NCBI GenBank assembly: GCA_963713605.1
Contig: CAVQMO010000010.1
Location: 96,001 to 160,000 of the forward strand
Direction of reading: 5' to 3'
Origin: an uncultured Nitrososphaerales archaeon
GTDB lineage: Archaea > Thermoproteota > Nitrososphaeria > Nitrososphaerales > Nitrososphaeraceae
Length of the DNA: 64,000 bases
The notes below the pieces were generated by a model. It searched no databases. It saw only the letters and a list, made by a program, of their open reading frames with translations, and had not been told where the DNA came from. The position numbers and the translations under genes are program-made. Positions 46,279 to 56,972 of this stretch are shown here, piece after piece (within the stretch, counting starts at the first letter, position 1; each line of letters opens with the position of its first letter).

Positions 46279-46675
46279 AACCAATAAGGCAATTATTCAA
46301 CGATATTTTGAAGCCTACAATACCAAAAATGAAACTATATTTGATGAAATAATAGCCCCAGATTATATCGACCATGGCCAAACCGCTTTTATGGGCTCTC
46401 CTGGAAGAGGAGTTACTGGAGCAAAGAATGACCTTAAGAATTCTTTAGATAAATTTGATGACCTGAATCATGTGGTAGAGGCAATGATTGCATCACCAGC
46501 TTATCCGGATCTTGTCGGTGCATACTGGAAAGGATCATTGAGACCAAAATCGACCTCTGACACTCCTCAAAGTAATGAAATAATTAGCGTAAGAGGTGTA
46601 AGTATATACCGCATTCAGAATGGAAAAATGGTTGAAACCTGGAATGTAGTTGATTTTCCAGTAAAGCAAACTTAG
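46265..46675 (+). CDS. SnoaL-like ester cyclase
   Basis: NKAIIQRYFE, IAPDYIDH, IYRIQNGKMVETW. Confidence 0.82.
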   Translation: MSQVETNKAIIQRYFEAYNTKNETIFDEIIAPDYIDHGQTAFMGSPGRGVTGAKNDLKNSLDKFDDLNHVVEAMIASPAYPDLVGAYWKGSLRPKSTSDTPQSNEIISVRGVSIYRIQNGKMVETWNVVDFPVKQT

Positions 46676-46885
46676 CTTCATTACATTCCTACAAATAGCT
46701 ATAGGGCCAGCAATTTTTTCCTTGACTATGAGACGAATTCCTTGGTTCCAGTCTCCATATTTGTATAAACTCCAAGCTTCTCGTCTAATCTCATCCATCC
46801 TTATAGCAAGCTCCCTCTTGCTATAATGGCATTTCATAGAGGATGCGAGCTATGAGTTGCCGTGGAGCACAGATAGCATATTCGT

Positions 46886-47422
46886 ATGCTGCAGCCTCAC
46901 CCAAACAATGTAAGTAAATTAGTGCTCATGGATTTCCCGTTCCCTGGCTTTCTACCTCCAGAGTTTGGTCCGAATGGACCTTGGTGGTTTGGCTTTTATC
47001 AAACCCCCGATGTACCAGAGTATCTTATAGAAGGTAAAGAGAAAGAATATTTATCATGGTTTATTAGAGGATTAGAATACAATCCATTTGCGATTACTGA
47101 TGCAGACATAGACGTATTTGTGCGCCATGCCAAGACACCTGGTGGACTGAGATCGCAATTTGAACACTTTAGAGCTTTCCCCACTGATGCAAAATAGAAC
47201 AAAGAAGCAGCCAAGAACAAGGTATCAATGCCTGTACTAGTGTTGGGTGGCGATATATATCCAGCCTTGGGTGGTGATTATCCAGGTAATTTTGCGTTAT
47301 CTTCGACACAACATTTGGCTACAAATGTAACGGGTATCACAGTCCCACTTTCAGGACACTGGATTCCAGAGGAACAACCGAAATTTGTCATTGAACAACT
47401 TGCAAAGTTCTTTAACGAGTAA
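46886..47422 (+). pseudogene. C-terminal half of an alpha/beta hydrolase (epoxide hydrolase-like) with in-frame TAG at 47195-47197
   Basis: WWFGFY, GKEKEYL, MPVLVLGG, SGHWIPEEQP; the two ORFs are in the same frame; the N-terminus is missing. Confidence 0.78.
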
Positions 47423-47610
47423 TTTTTTTGTCTAGCAACAAGGCATTTAGGCGTAAATAATGTCTAGTTTCGAATTTATGGGATCGAACTTATTAAAGAT
47501 GTTGAACACGGTTTAATGCTCTAGTCCAGTTCTCTCAACACGGAGATTAAAGAATAAATAGTTTAGAGTTGGATATATGGACTGAACTTGACCAGTAATG
47601 GCGACTAATA

Positions 47611-49230
47611 TTGAAGGACGGCCCTAAGGTGTTAAGGCCAATACGGTCTAAAATAGGCTTAAAAATAGGATTTCTAGTGGTAATTCAAATTGCCTTTGTT
47701 ATCTGTAGCTTTGCTATACTTTCCTATTATGAATCACAAGGTACACATTTTAGGAAACTCGATAAATATTGCGGGGAAAAATCGATTTCTAACTTCTAAC
47801 CTTCTATTACAGATTTCAGAATATTTTTCCCAAGAAGGTAATAACAGTGACCAATCTAAAATACAATCCGCAATGAACCAACTTGAATCTAACATCTTGG
47901 CATTAAAACAAGGAGGAATGATATCAGATATTGATTTAAGATCCTTGCCACCAATGTTCGTGGAAGACTGGAATACAATCTACCAGGAATGGGTTTCTCT
48001 AAAAGAGATCTTGACAAATAATGTAATGCAAACTACTGAAAGTAACAATTTGGCTGCTGCCAACAACATTGACATATAATCAAGCTCTAAAAACAACAAT
48101 TGAAACCGGTTCATCATCGTTACTGAATTCTTCTAATGCGTTAGTTACAGGACTAGGAGAATACGCAAGACTCAGTTCACAGAATTCAATGATTCTACAG
48201 GGGTTATTTGCGGTTCTAAACATTGCAGTTGCCACTGTAGTACTCTATCTTGTTTTGAGAATCCTAAGACCAATATTTGATTTAACCTCTGCTACATCTG
48301 AGGTAAGTAAAGGAAATTTAGAAGTATCAGTTAAAAACAAAGGAAATGATGAGCTTTCAATTCTAAGTAACTCATTTAATTCAATGGTAAAATCTCTAAA
48401 GAGCTATATGAAGAAACAGAATGAATTAACAAAGCAATTAGAAGATGCAAATGAGCAATTAAAATATAAAGACAAGTTAAAAGATGAATTCATAAACGTA
48501 GCAGCACATGAGCTTCGAACACCTATGCAGCCAATCCTTGGGCTTGCAGAATTTCTGCACTTCTCAAAGGTGGGACCTAATGAGGGCAGTGGCAGCAGCT
48601 CTCCAATGACCGTACGGCAGGAAGAATTGGTACTGGATATTATTCTTAGAAATTCTAAAAGATTAATGCAACTTACTGAAGATATATTAGATGTTACGAA
48701 AATTGAGAGCGGATCTTTTCATTTAAAGAAAGAAAAATTTGACTTCAACACGATGATCTTGGAACTCTTGGATGAGTATCGTCAAACAATTAATGATAAT
48801 AACGACAACGTATCTCTATACAATGAGGATAACAGAAGTGGACCAATAATTATAGAAGGGGACAGAAATAAGCTTTGCCAAGCAGTTAATAACCTGCTAA
48901 ATAATGCAATCAAGTTTACAACCAAGGGAAGCATAAGAGTTTTTATTGATAGATATGTTAACAGCAGACAAGATTATTGTTAAAATAAAGGATACAGGAA
49001 TTGGAATACATCCAGATATATTGCCAAAGCTTTTTACAAAATTCGCAACAAAATCTGATACAGGAGGGACTGGGTTAGGTCTATTTATCTCTAAAAGTAT
49101 AATTGAAAAACATGGCGGCAGGATATGGGCTGAAAACAATAATTTCAACGGAGAAACGGGAGCTACTTTCGCATTTAGTTTGCCAATCAACATGGATTAT
49201 TCAATCGGGACAAAAAAGATACAAGGTTAA
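47611..49230 (+). CDS. Membrane sensor histidine kinase (PilJ/NarX-like sensor, HAMP, HisKA, HATPase), multiple frameshifts
   Basis: INIAGKNRFL, HAMP DEL..LSNSFNSM, AAHELRTP, NLLNNAIKF, DTGIGI, GTGLGL across four ORFs. Confidence 0.85.
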
Positions 49231-49248
49231 TTCTTATTAGATGTAAAA

Positions 49249-49728
49249 ATGAATAACAAGCTGAAACAAAACCTTTGGACATCCATACATTTTAAGATAT
49301 TCATCTCGTTACTAACATTAGGCTTTATCACTACAATGGTCTTAAGTTCATCCTATCAAATTAAAACTACGGAAGCAGAAAATACAGTAGAAGTTATAAA
49401 TTTTGACTTCCCCCTCAACAATACTTTCTTTATTAAACATACTAGCAATTCTTCAGGAATCTATGTCACGAATCATGATGGGACTGTCTATCAAAAAGGG
49501 ATAATGGAATTAAAAGCGGAAGAAGGAAATGATACTGCAAAAGCAGAATATGAATCCATTGGGTATCAAGCAGGTGAAGACACAGTATTAGACAGTGGCG
49601 TAATATTCTTCAACTCATCTACTCCTCCTGACGGTAAACTCTCATTTCTAAATAACACAATGGCTATCTATAAGGATATGATACAAAAAGGTCAAAATAT
49701 TACTACAATTGCATGGGCGTGGAAGTAA
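49249..49728 (+). CDS. Hypothetical secreted protein
   Basis: Hydrophobic leader; GVIFFNSS..GKLSFLNNTMAIYK...WAWK. Confidence 0.6.
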   Translation: MNNKLKQNLWTSIHFKIFISLLTLGFITTMVLSSSYQIKTTEAENTVEVINFDFPLNNTFFIKHTSNSSGIYVTNHDGTVYQKGIMELKAEEGNDTAKAEYESIGYQAGEDTVLDSGVIFFNSSTPPDGKLSFLNNTMAIYKDMIQKGQNITTIAWAWK

Positions 49729-50347
49729 AATCAAAAGAACATCGTTTAGTAGATAGCGATCTTGGCCCCAAATTGGATTGTTCAACCGATACTGTTGGTG
49801 TATTAATGGTTCCTACGCAAGACATTCAGATGCATACTACTGATCTTGAGGGTAGAGGTTTCAATATAGACAGTACGCATAATTTCAAGGATCTTAGAGG
49901 AGGTCAGAGTGGAACGGGTGATGAACAAACATTGATTGTATGGACAACTAGTGGCATTGATTTGTCTACCATACCATCAAATCTACAGGAATTCTCTTCG
50001 GACTTCCGTATAGCTAGTAGTTTTTCTAGCTTTTGGCTACACACTCAGATTACGGTCCATTACCTTTAACTTTTTTATAGTTTATCGCAAATTATACGGC
50101 AACGAATATACAGAACGAGAGTTCCAGAAGGTATGCGACCAATACTTCTGTCGTGACTAAATCTTCAAGGTTGTCTTACCATTGTTTAAGGATTGATAGA
50201 TAACCTTGTTCCGGAATATCTTAAGCGTTGCGAGGGAACATGACATATAATACATTTACATGAGAATGTCAGTTGTCAACTTTTACAAGATTAAGTAGAA
50301 ATATACTAAACAGGCAGAGTTAAGTAAAAATATAATTGAAGTAGTCC

Positions 50348-50534
50348 AAGATAGGGATTTGGAAACCTATTCCCGGACCTGCACATATGTTAACCTATAG
50401 GTTATCCTTCCCTATCTTTCACTTTGAAATGCATGTTAGGTATCATATGATTATGAGAAGGGCGCCTACGGCTCTCTGCATTGACAACCAACCGTGGGCA
50501 CACCTTCTCTATCTGCTTTTATAGTATGTTGTAT
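50348..50534 (+). repeat. Hairpin-family element, copy C (two units, opposite orientation to A and B)
   Basis: Hairpins at 50348-50418 (AAGATAG...CTATCTT) and 50455-50509; 50503-50534 is the reverse complement of 11807-11838. Confidence 0.7.
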
Positions 50535-51239
50535 AAGCCGCCTAGCATCTCTGGCCTTAACGATTTCAAATATGTATGAATAATAATGAAGATACTTTAT
50601 ACTGCTTTTGCTTCAGGCTGATTGGATCGGACTTCATAAATACCCTCGATGATTCAAAAAAAGCATACCCATAGGACTCAACCGTTCAGCGATTGTAAAG
50701 AATCTTCATAGGGATAAATATGAAGTAAAGTAGATAGCAATAGTGGATCGCAGACAGCGACAACCGATACCCCATAGCAAGCGACCTCCAAGGCCCCATC
50801 GCCAGAGGACACCGATGCGTCGCGCAACGGATCTTCTACGCGCCGACCAACTTGGTACCAACACTTACGAAGATGGGCGAAATCACATCTGATTTGAGTG
50901 TATTTGAGAATCTTCCTGAGAAAGTAGAGCTGAGGATCGAGTTAAGCTCAATAATGTCACGAAAGGATAAATATGAAAAGTAAAACATGATAATTGTAAT
51001 CTTAGCAAATGTAGAAAGGAAGTAATTGATTATATTAACCAAAAGTGATATGATAAGAGATAATATATATTAAAACATGTAATGTATAAAATGACTTGTA
51101 TGTTTTTCAGGGGCAGTCATCATGAATGTGATGTTTACTCTTCGTTCTCTCCGAGGTTTCAAAGAAAAATAGCTGAAAAAAATAAGGAGAAATTCCTACG
51201 ATATTCTATTGGATCTATTCAGAGGATGGACAGTTAGGT

Positions 51240-52848
51240 GTGCGGATGATTAAGGCAGACGTCAATGCAAAAGTCAAGGCTTCAGAAGATAGAAGATCTG
51301 ACAGGGGCTCACCTGCAATTGAGCATCTGAAATTCCCATTTAATCTAAAAAAAGATCAAGAGGAGGCTGTAGAAGCGTGGATAAGAAATGATTTTAGGGG
51401 CTCAATTGTATACAGTACCTGGTACTGGTAAGACGGAAATTGCGTTTGAGTGCGCAAGACAGGCGGCGAGAGCAAGAGCGGACATCTTATCAGATATTGC
51501 GATAAATACTAACCTTAAGCATAATGCCAGCGATGATGATTCAGACCAGAATAAAGTAGTTAACAACGACAGCCTTATCTCCAACACCGATAATTTCGGT
51601 TCTACAATCAAAAAAGATTTAGATGAAAGAACATCCAACAAATCTATTTCACAATTTAAGATCCTACTTTTGGTTCCACGGATCGTTCTTATTGAACAGA
51701 ATGTAAAGAGATTACTAAAATATGGTATATCTAAGAAACAGATAGGAGTATATTTCGGAGAAAAAAAAGATGTACGCGAAATAACAGTAAGTACGTATCA
51801 AAGTATCAATAACAATTTAAATATTCTCCGCAATTCTCAAATGATCATATTTGATGAAGTTCATTTGATAGGAGAAAGTGCAAGGTCGTTTAGCCAGATT
51901 TTTGATGTTGTCGTAGAGGATCGTAGTAAGGCAATTTTGGGACTAACTGCTACAATAGATGAAAATGATCCCAATTTCAATACCATACTAAGTATCCTTC
52001 CACCTGTAAGAAAATACCAGGTAAAAGATGCGGTAAGGGATGGCAGATTAGCAAGACCGGTGATACTCCCTATTAAAGTCAGATTAACTGAAGCTGAGAG
52101 AAGGATCTATCATGATTGTTCGTCAAGCATAACCAACATCTCCAACCGGCTTAATCGGTATGATGCCCAATCTATCTCTTTGCTACTACGAAGAGGAGGC
52201 CCTCCAGCATTTATGGCAAAAACTTGGTTTGCAAGTGTGAGAAAGCGGAAAGCTCTTTTGAATTGTGCTGATAATAAGATATTAGCCGCCGCAGATATAA
52301 TATCAAAAAAACATCCGAAACAGCGTATAATGGTATTTAGTGAGACGTTGGAGTCGGTTTATAAGCTCAGGGAAGAACTTCAATCCAAAAGGAGAATAAA
52401 ATCATACGTCATCGAAAGCAAGCTCAAGGCTAATGAAAGGCAAGAAATATTATCAAAGTGGGGAGTTGAATTTTATCCCCTTCTGTCAGTTCACACCTTA
52501 GAAATAGGTTATGATGTCCCTGAGGTAGGATTCGCGATAATTTTGGCAAATACTTCGAACATAAATCAAACCATCCAAAGAATTGGAAGAGTAATTAGAA
52601 AATATGATGGGAAGGAAGCTGCTTTCATTTATGCAATTTATCTTACAGGAACCACGGATCATCAAACTTTAAGAACTGTCAAACGTGCGACGGGTATGGC
52701 TCAAGATAGCTATGATGATGCTGACAACGAGAAAATGAAAGAGATATCATTTTCTAAAAGAGGAAGGAGCAAAACACACCAGCTGGACTTGAAACGAGTT
52801 CAGAAAGAACCCATGACTCTAGATAATTACTTTGGAGAATTGAGGTGA
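51240..52848 (+). CDS. SF2 DEAD/DEAH-box helicase (XPB/Rad25-like), 5' frameshift
   Basis: Q-motif LKKDQEEAV, GTGKT, VPR, DEVH, GLTAT, QRIGR. Confidence 0.88.
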
Positions 52849-52931
52849 TCGGATGTTCTCGGTTCGGTACAATTAGACAGAAGTTAGTGAAGAAGATATT
52901 AGTAAGTGGCAACATATAGATATTTGTATAA

Positions 52932-55061
52932 TTGAAGAGCAAGGGTAAGGAACCATCATCTTCATATTCCCAGTCTAAGACCTCATCTTCTAATCTTAGG
53001 ACTAGTTCTCGCTTTTCCTCTTTTATTTCTATCCTTCGTAACCGTACTTTTATCATTTACACTCTCATACCTGCGATAATTCTTTCCATAATTACAATTT
53101 TCTCAACTGATCTTAATGTCTGGAAACTGTCAGAAATTCACCATTTCTACATAGAACTCTTCGCTGTAATACTAGGATCGATTCTCGCATTCTACTATAT
53201 TGCCCGTGCCCATACACTGAACGATAATTTTAGCCGCTTTGTAGGCTTTGGATTTCTTGTCGCCGTTTTAATCGATTTGCTTCATGTTGTTATATCATAT
53301 GCCTATATGGACAATGTGATGTTTCTAAAATATTTCATACCACAGACGTGGTTTGCCGGTAGAATCTTCCTTAGTGCAATGTTAGTTATTGCGATTGCAA
53401 AATATCCTACCTTTTCAGGTGAAGAGAAGAGGAGAAACGATGAAATATTAGAATCTACAGCAAAAGCAGAATTAACAAAAGAAGATGAGGGTAAAGAGGA
53501 ACTGGGGTTTGAAGTAGAAAAAAAGAGCGTTCATGACACTAGGAAAGCAGCAGTTACCCTGCATGATGCGAATGGATCCGATAGAACCTTTGCAGTCTAT
53601 TTAACAATCCTTTCAATATTGGCAGGGAGCGTAGCGCTTAGTTCACTGTATCTTGTATTACCTTTTTCAGTAATCGATGAAATTCTATTGCATAGACCAT
53701 ATGAGATTCCTTCGCTAATTTTATTCATAATTGCTCTCATCCTGTTCTACAAAAACCAATTGTACAAAAAGACTGATATATTCTATAAGGGAATACTAGC
53801 ATATCTTATCATCGATATTTATGCACAGATTATAATGTCTTATTCTGCGCTGTCATTTGACGCTCCTCACAATATAGCTCATATCTTAAAAGACGCAGGA
53901 TACTTTGTGAATATTATTGCACTAGCACTTTCAAGTATTCAATATAACGTACGGTTAAGAGATAGCAATCAGAGTCTAATTGATAGTAACGTTAGACTAA
54001 AGGAAAGAGAGGAAGTGATCCGTATCCAATATGAACGGCTGAAAGAATCAGAAAAAATTAAAGACGAATTTATCAATACAGCTGCGCACGAACTTAGAAC
54101 TCCCATACAACCGATATTAGGATTGGCTGATATCGTGAGATCTAGGATAATAACATTAGATGAATCAAGTGGCAGAGTTGTCAGAGACGGTAATAATGTC
54201 AGAGCAGAGGGAGTACTTCTGTTACTTGATGTGATCATCAGAAATGCTAAACGGCTAAAACAACTCACAGATAATATACTTGATGTAACAAAGATTGAAA
54301 GTCATTCATTTAAACTCAATAAAGAACGATTTAATATTGAACAATTAATTGAAGAGACTGCAGAGGAACAGAATATCACAATTAGCGATACAACAATCAC
54401 AAATACAGAGGTTAAGATTCTATTAGCGGTGAGTAATAAAGAGATAGAAGACATTGCGAATATTGATACGGCTGTAGCCGTTGTGCCCGCTGTTAATGTT
54501 AAATCATCCACTATTGCTACTTCCAATAAAGATGAAAATAAGATATCAACCATGAGGGGTGCCAACAAAAAAGATAGTGGCAATGCCAATGCGGTTCTCG
54601 AATCATTTATGATAGAGGCAGACAAGACAAAGATTTCTCAGGTTTTGTCCAATTTATTGCGTAACGCGCTATCATCTATCAGGTTAAAGACTGGAATAGA
54701 AGAAGGCAAAATAACCATTTCAGTTAGTAGGACAGAGAAAAGGATGGGAGAGAACAAATTCAGAGTGGCCAATAAGAGCCATGATCCTAGTAGCACTTCT
54801 GATAGTAATGATGAGATTATCGTAAGCATAACAGACAATGGACAAGGAATACCTACAGATGTAGCTCGGAATCTTTTCACAAAGTTTGTTTCTGGTTCTG
54901 ATTCAGGTACAGGATTAGGTCTGTATATATCTAAAAATATAATTGAAGCTCATGGAGGAAGAATATGGGCCAGGAATAATGATGCAATAGCGACAGATGA
55001 TGGAACGAATGCTATGACTTCTACGGGTGCTACCTTTAGTTTTGCCCTACCCATCTTATAG
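52932..55061 (+). CDS. Membrane sensor histidine kinase (MASE3-like domain)
   Basis: HHFYIELF, IDLLH, TWFAGR, AHILK; AAHELRTP; NLLRNA; DNGQG; GTGLGL. Confidence 0.88.
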   Translation: MKSKGKEPSSSYSQSKTSSSNLRTSSRFSSFISILRNRTFIIYTLIPAIILSIITIFSTDLNVWKLSEIHHFYIELFAVILGSILAFYYIARAHTLNDNFSRFVGFGFLVAVLIDLLHVVISYAYMDNVMFLKYFIPQTWFAGRIFLSAMLVIAIAKYPTFSGEEKRRNDEILESTAKAELTKEDEGKEELGFEVEKKSVHDTRKAAVTLHDANGSDRTFAVYLTILSILAGSVALSSLYLVLPFSVIDEILLHRPYEIPSLILFIIALILFYKNQLYKKTDIFYKGILAYLIIDIYAQIIMSYSALSFDAPHNIAHILKDAGYFVNIIALALSSIQYNVRLRDSNQSLIDSNVRLKEREEVIRIQYERLKESEKIKDEFINTAAHELRTPIQPILGLADIVRSRIITLDESSGRVVRDGNNVRAEGVLLLLDVIIRNAKRLKQLTDNILDVTKIESHSFKLNKERFNIEQLIEETAEEQNITISDTTITNTEVKILLAVSNKEIEDIANIDTAVAVVPAVNVKSSTIATSNKDENKISTMRGANKKDSGNANAVLESFMIEADKTKISQVLSNLLRNALSSIRLKTGIEEGKITISVSRTEKRMGENKFRVANKSHDPSSTSDSNDEIIVSITDNGQGIPTDVARNLFTKFVSGSDSGTGLGLYISKNIIEAHGGRIWARNNDAIATDDGTNAMTSTGATFSFALPIL

Positions 55062-55135
55062 GTTGTTACAACGTCTGAATAGTCAATACTAACTTAAAAT
55101 TCAGATCTTCAGTCATGGTACCTGAGAGAATGATT

Positions 55136-55162
55136 TTGTTGTTGTTGTTGTTGTTGTTGTTG
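55136..55162. repeat. (TTG)9 microsatellite
   Basis: Nine perfect TTG units, intergenic. Confidence 0.9.
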
Positions 55163-55736
55163 CAAACCTCGTCTTTTAGTTTTTGCTACAATTCTGATAT
55201 GGTTGAAAAATCTAGTTATCTAGATTAGGTAACTGTCATATGGCAGACTCAATAATCACCGCAAATCCAATTGACTTTCTTAACTATTTCTGTTTGCAGA
55301 CATGGAATTATATATCGCATATTGTTCAACTGCAGTAGTTTTCAGAAAAGTTGTTCTTAAATATTGTACTGTTTATGTGCACAAAGGTTGTCAGGATGAT
55401 TGATAATCCTAGGTCATAGCACAAGTGCCGATCAAAAATTCTAAAGGGTATTGCGTCATGACAAACAAATGGATTATTGATTGTTTTTTTTGTGAACAAC
55501 TACTTATTGAGTCTCTTATAGAAGATTTTACTTGAACTTAATTTACTTTTTTCACTACAGAAAGTTGAGTCACTAGTTACATGAGTTCGAAAAAACAGCT
55601 AGCATCCAAGATGAGTCTTAAAATAGACTAAATTGGATACGATAAGTAGTACGGGTATGACTAGCGTACAATATGACTTATTCACCCATATCTTATTACT
55701 TGTGTCGCGAAGAAGACTGGTTATCTGTCTCATTCC

Positions 55737-55982
55737 TTATTCCTTTATCACTTCGAATGTTGAGAGCGTTCCGTGTATAGATTCCGCTATCAGTCTGTGC
55801 GCTTCTGCTCCGCCCAAATCCTTCTCCTTGGCAAACTTCTCTGCAATCTGTATATGCCTATCGAACTCTTGTGATAACTGACTCATCATACCGGCCTTAT
55901 CTCGTCGGTTATTATTGTCGTCGAGGGTTTGACTGAGACTTGTGAGTCTATCAATTCTGTCATCTGTTGATGATCCCGACAT
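55737..55982 (-). CDS. Small helical hypothetical protein
   Basis: 81 aa ATG-started ORF with natural composition. Confidence 0.5.
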   Translation of the reverse strand: MSGSSTDDRIDRLTSLSQTLDDNNNRRDKAGMMSQLSQEFDRHIQIAEKFAKEKDLGGAEAHRLIAESIHGTLSTFEVIKE

Positions 55983-56300
55983 AATGTTAGCAGTAATGCT
56001 TTAATGTATTTAGCGGTTGGGCCATTCGAAGGGTATCAAATGGCTCTGAATGGCAGGCAGCACTTAACACAGTGGTATTTTATTGAATTAACAAGGTAAA
56101 AACAAGCCGGCGAATACATTCATGATGGCCATACTCTACTTTTCTCTATAGATTCATACAACGTTTGGACTCCTGACTCTGGGCTTTTGAATCTTCACTT
56201 TTTAATATAATATAACTCCATCGACACATGCATATGCTTTGTTAATGTCAGAACTGTATGGATATCCGGCTCGCAATTAGTACCTTCAGGATTATCTGGT

Positions 56301-56528
56301 CTATCTATCCGTCTCACTGCGCGGAGTGACATGACCGTTGCTGCAGATATACCACGGAAGTTTAATCTCAGCATTGAATTCAACGAAATCCCCATCCTCA
56401 TCCCAATATCCATCAGTAAACTTCATCTTTGGTACAGTTTGACCTGGATAAAGAATAACCTTACTCCTCTTACCTTCGGTCTGACACTGCGGACAGACTA
56501 CTTTTTCTTCATCTTCTTTTCCACTCAT
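56301..56528 (-). CDS. Small zinc-ribbon protein
   Basis: CPQC...CSNGH. Confidence 0.6.
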   Translation of the reverse strand: MSGKEDEEKVVCPQCQTEGKRSKVILYPGQTVPKMKFTDGYWDEDGDFVEFNAEIKLPWYICSNGHVTPRSETDR

Positions 56529-56972
56529 ATATCTAATTCTTAAATTGTCGACAATAGATTTAAATCAACTAGCCTGACCCACATCAGACCAGGTATAATG
56601 CCAGAACAACAGAGATACGAAATACAATTAGTAAATCGTCATGTGAAGTCCCTTCCTTTATCCAACTTCCTTTATCATTATCCATCTCAGTTTGTGGGGC
56701 ATAAGTTTGTTCCCCAACGCTGTGTTTGGTAAATGAAACGGGCGAAAGCAGTGTAGAGGTTAGCTGGTAAAAAATGACAGAGATCTTTAGTGTGGCTCCT
56801 ACTTTATAAATAAATGCGTCAAAACTAACGTAAGCCACGCTCATTATGTCACGCTTATATGACAAAACGAACTGAAAGTAATTATCTTATCAGACAAGAT
56901 ATTAGTAATAATACAATTCAATATATTTAGGATTCAAATTATTTCCAAAGTTTGTGAAAGCATAGCTATGAC

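Noticed and set aside
33786..47197. Amber (TAG) recoding suggested by two in-frame TAG codons
   Set aside because: The contexts suggest different residues (probably Trp TGG and Gln CAG), each one transition away from TAG; many intact genes here end in TAG and no pyl genes are seen.
55136..55162. Phase-variable or poly-Gln coding role for (TTG)9
   Set aside because: Intergenic; the CAA frame has no start codon after the upstream stop, and a triplet unit would not shift frame.
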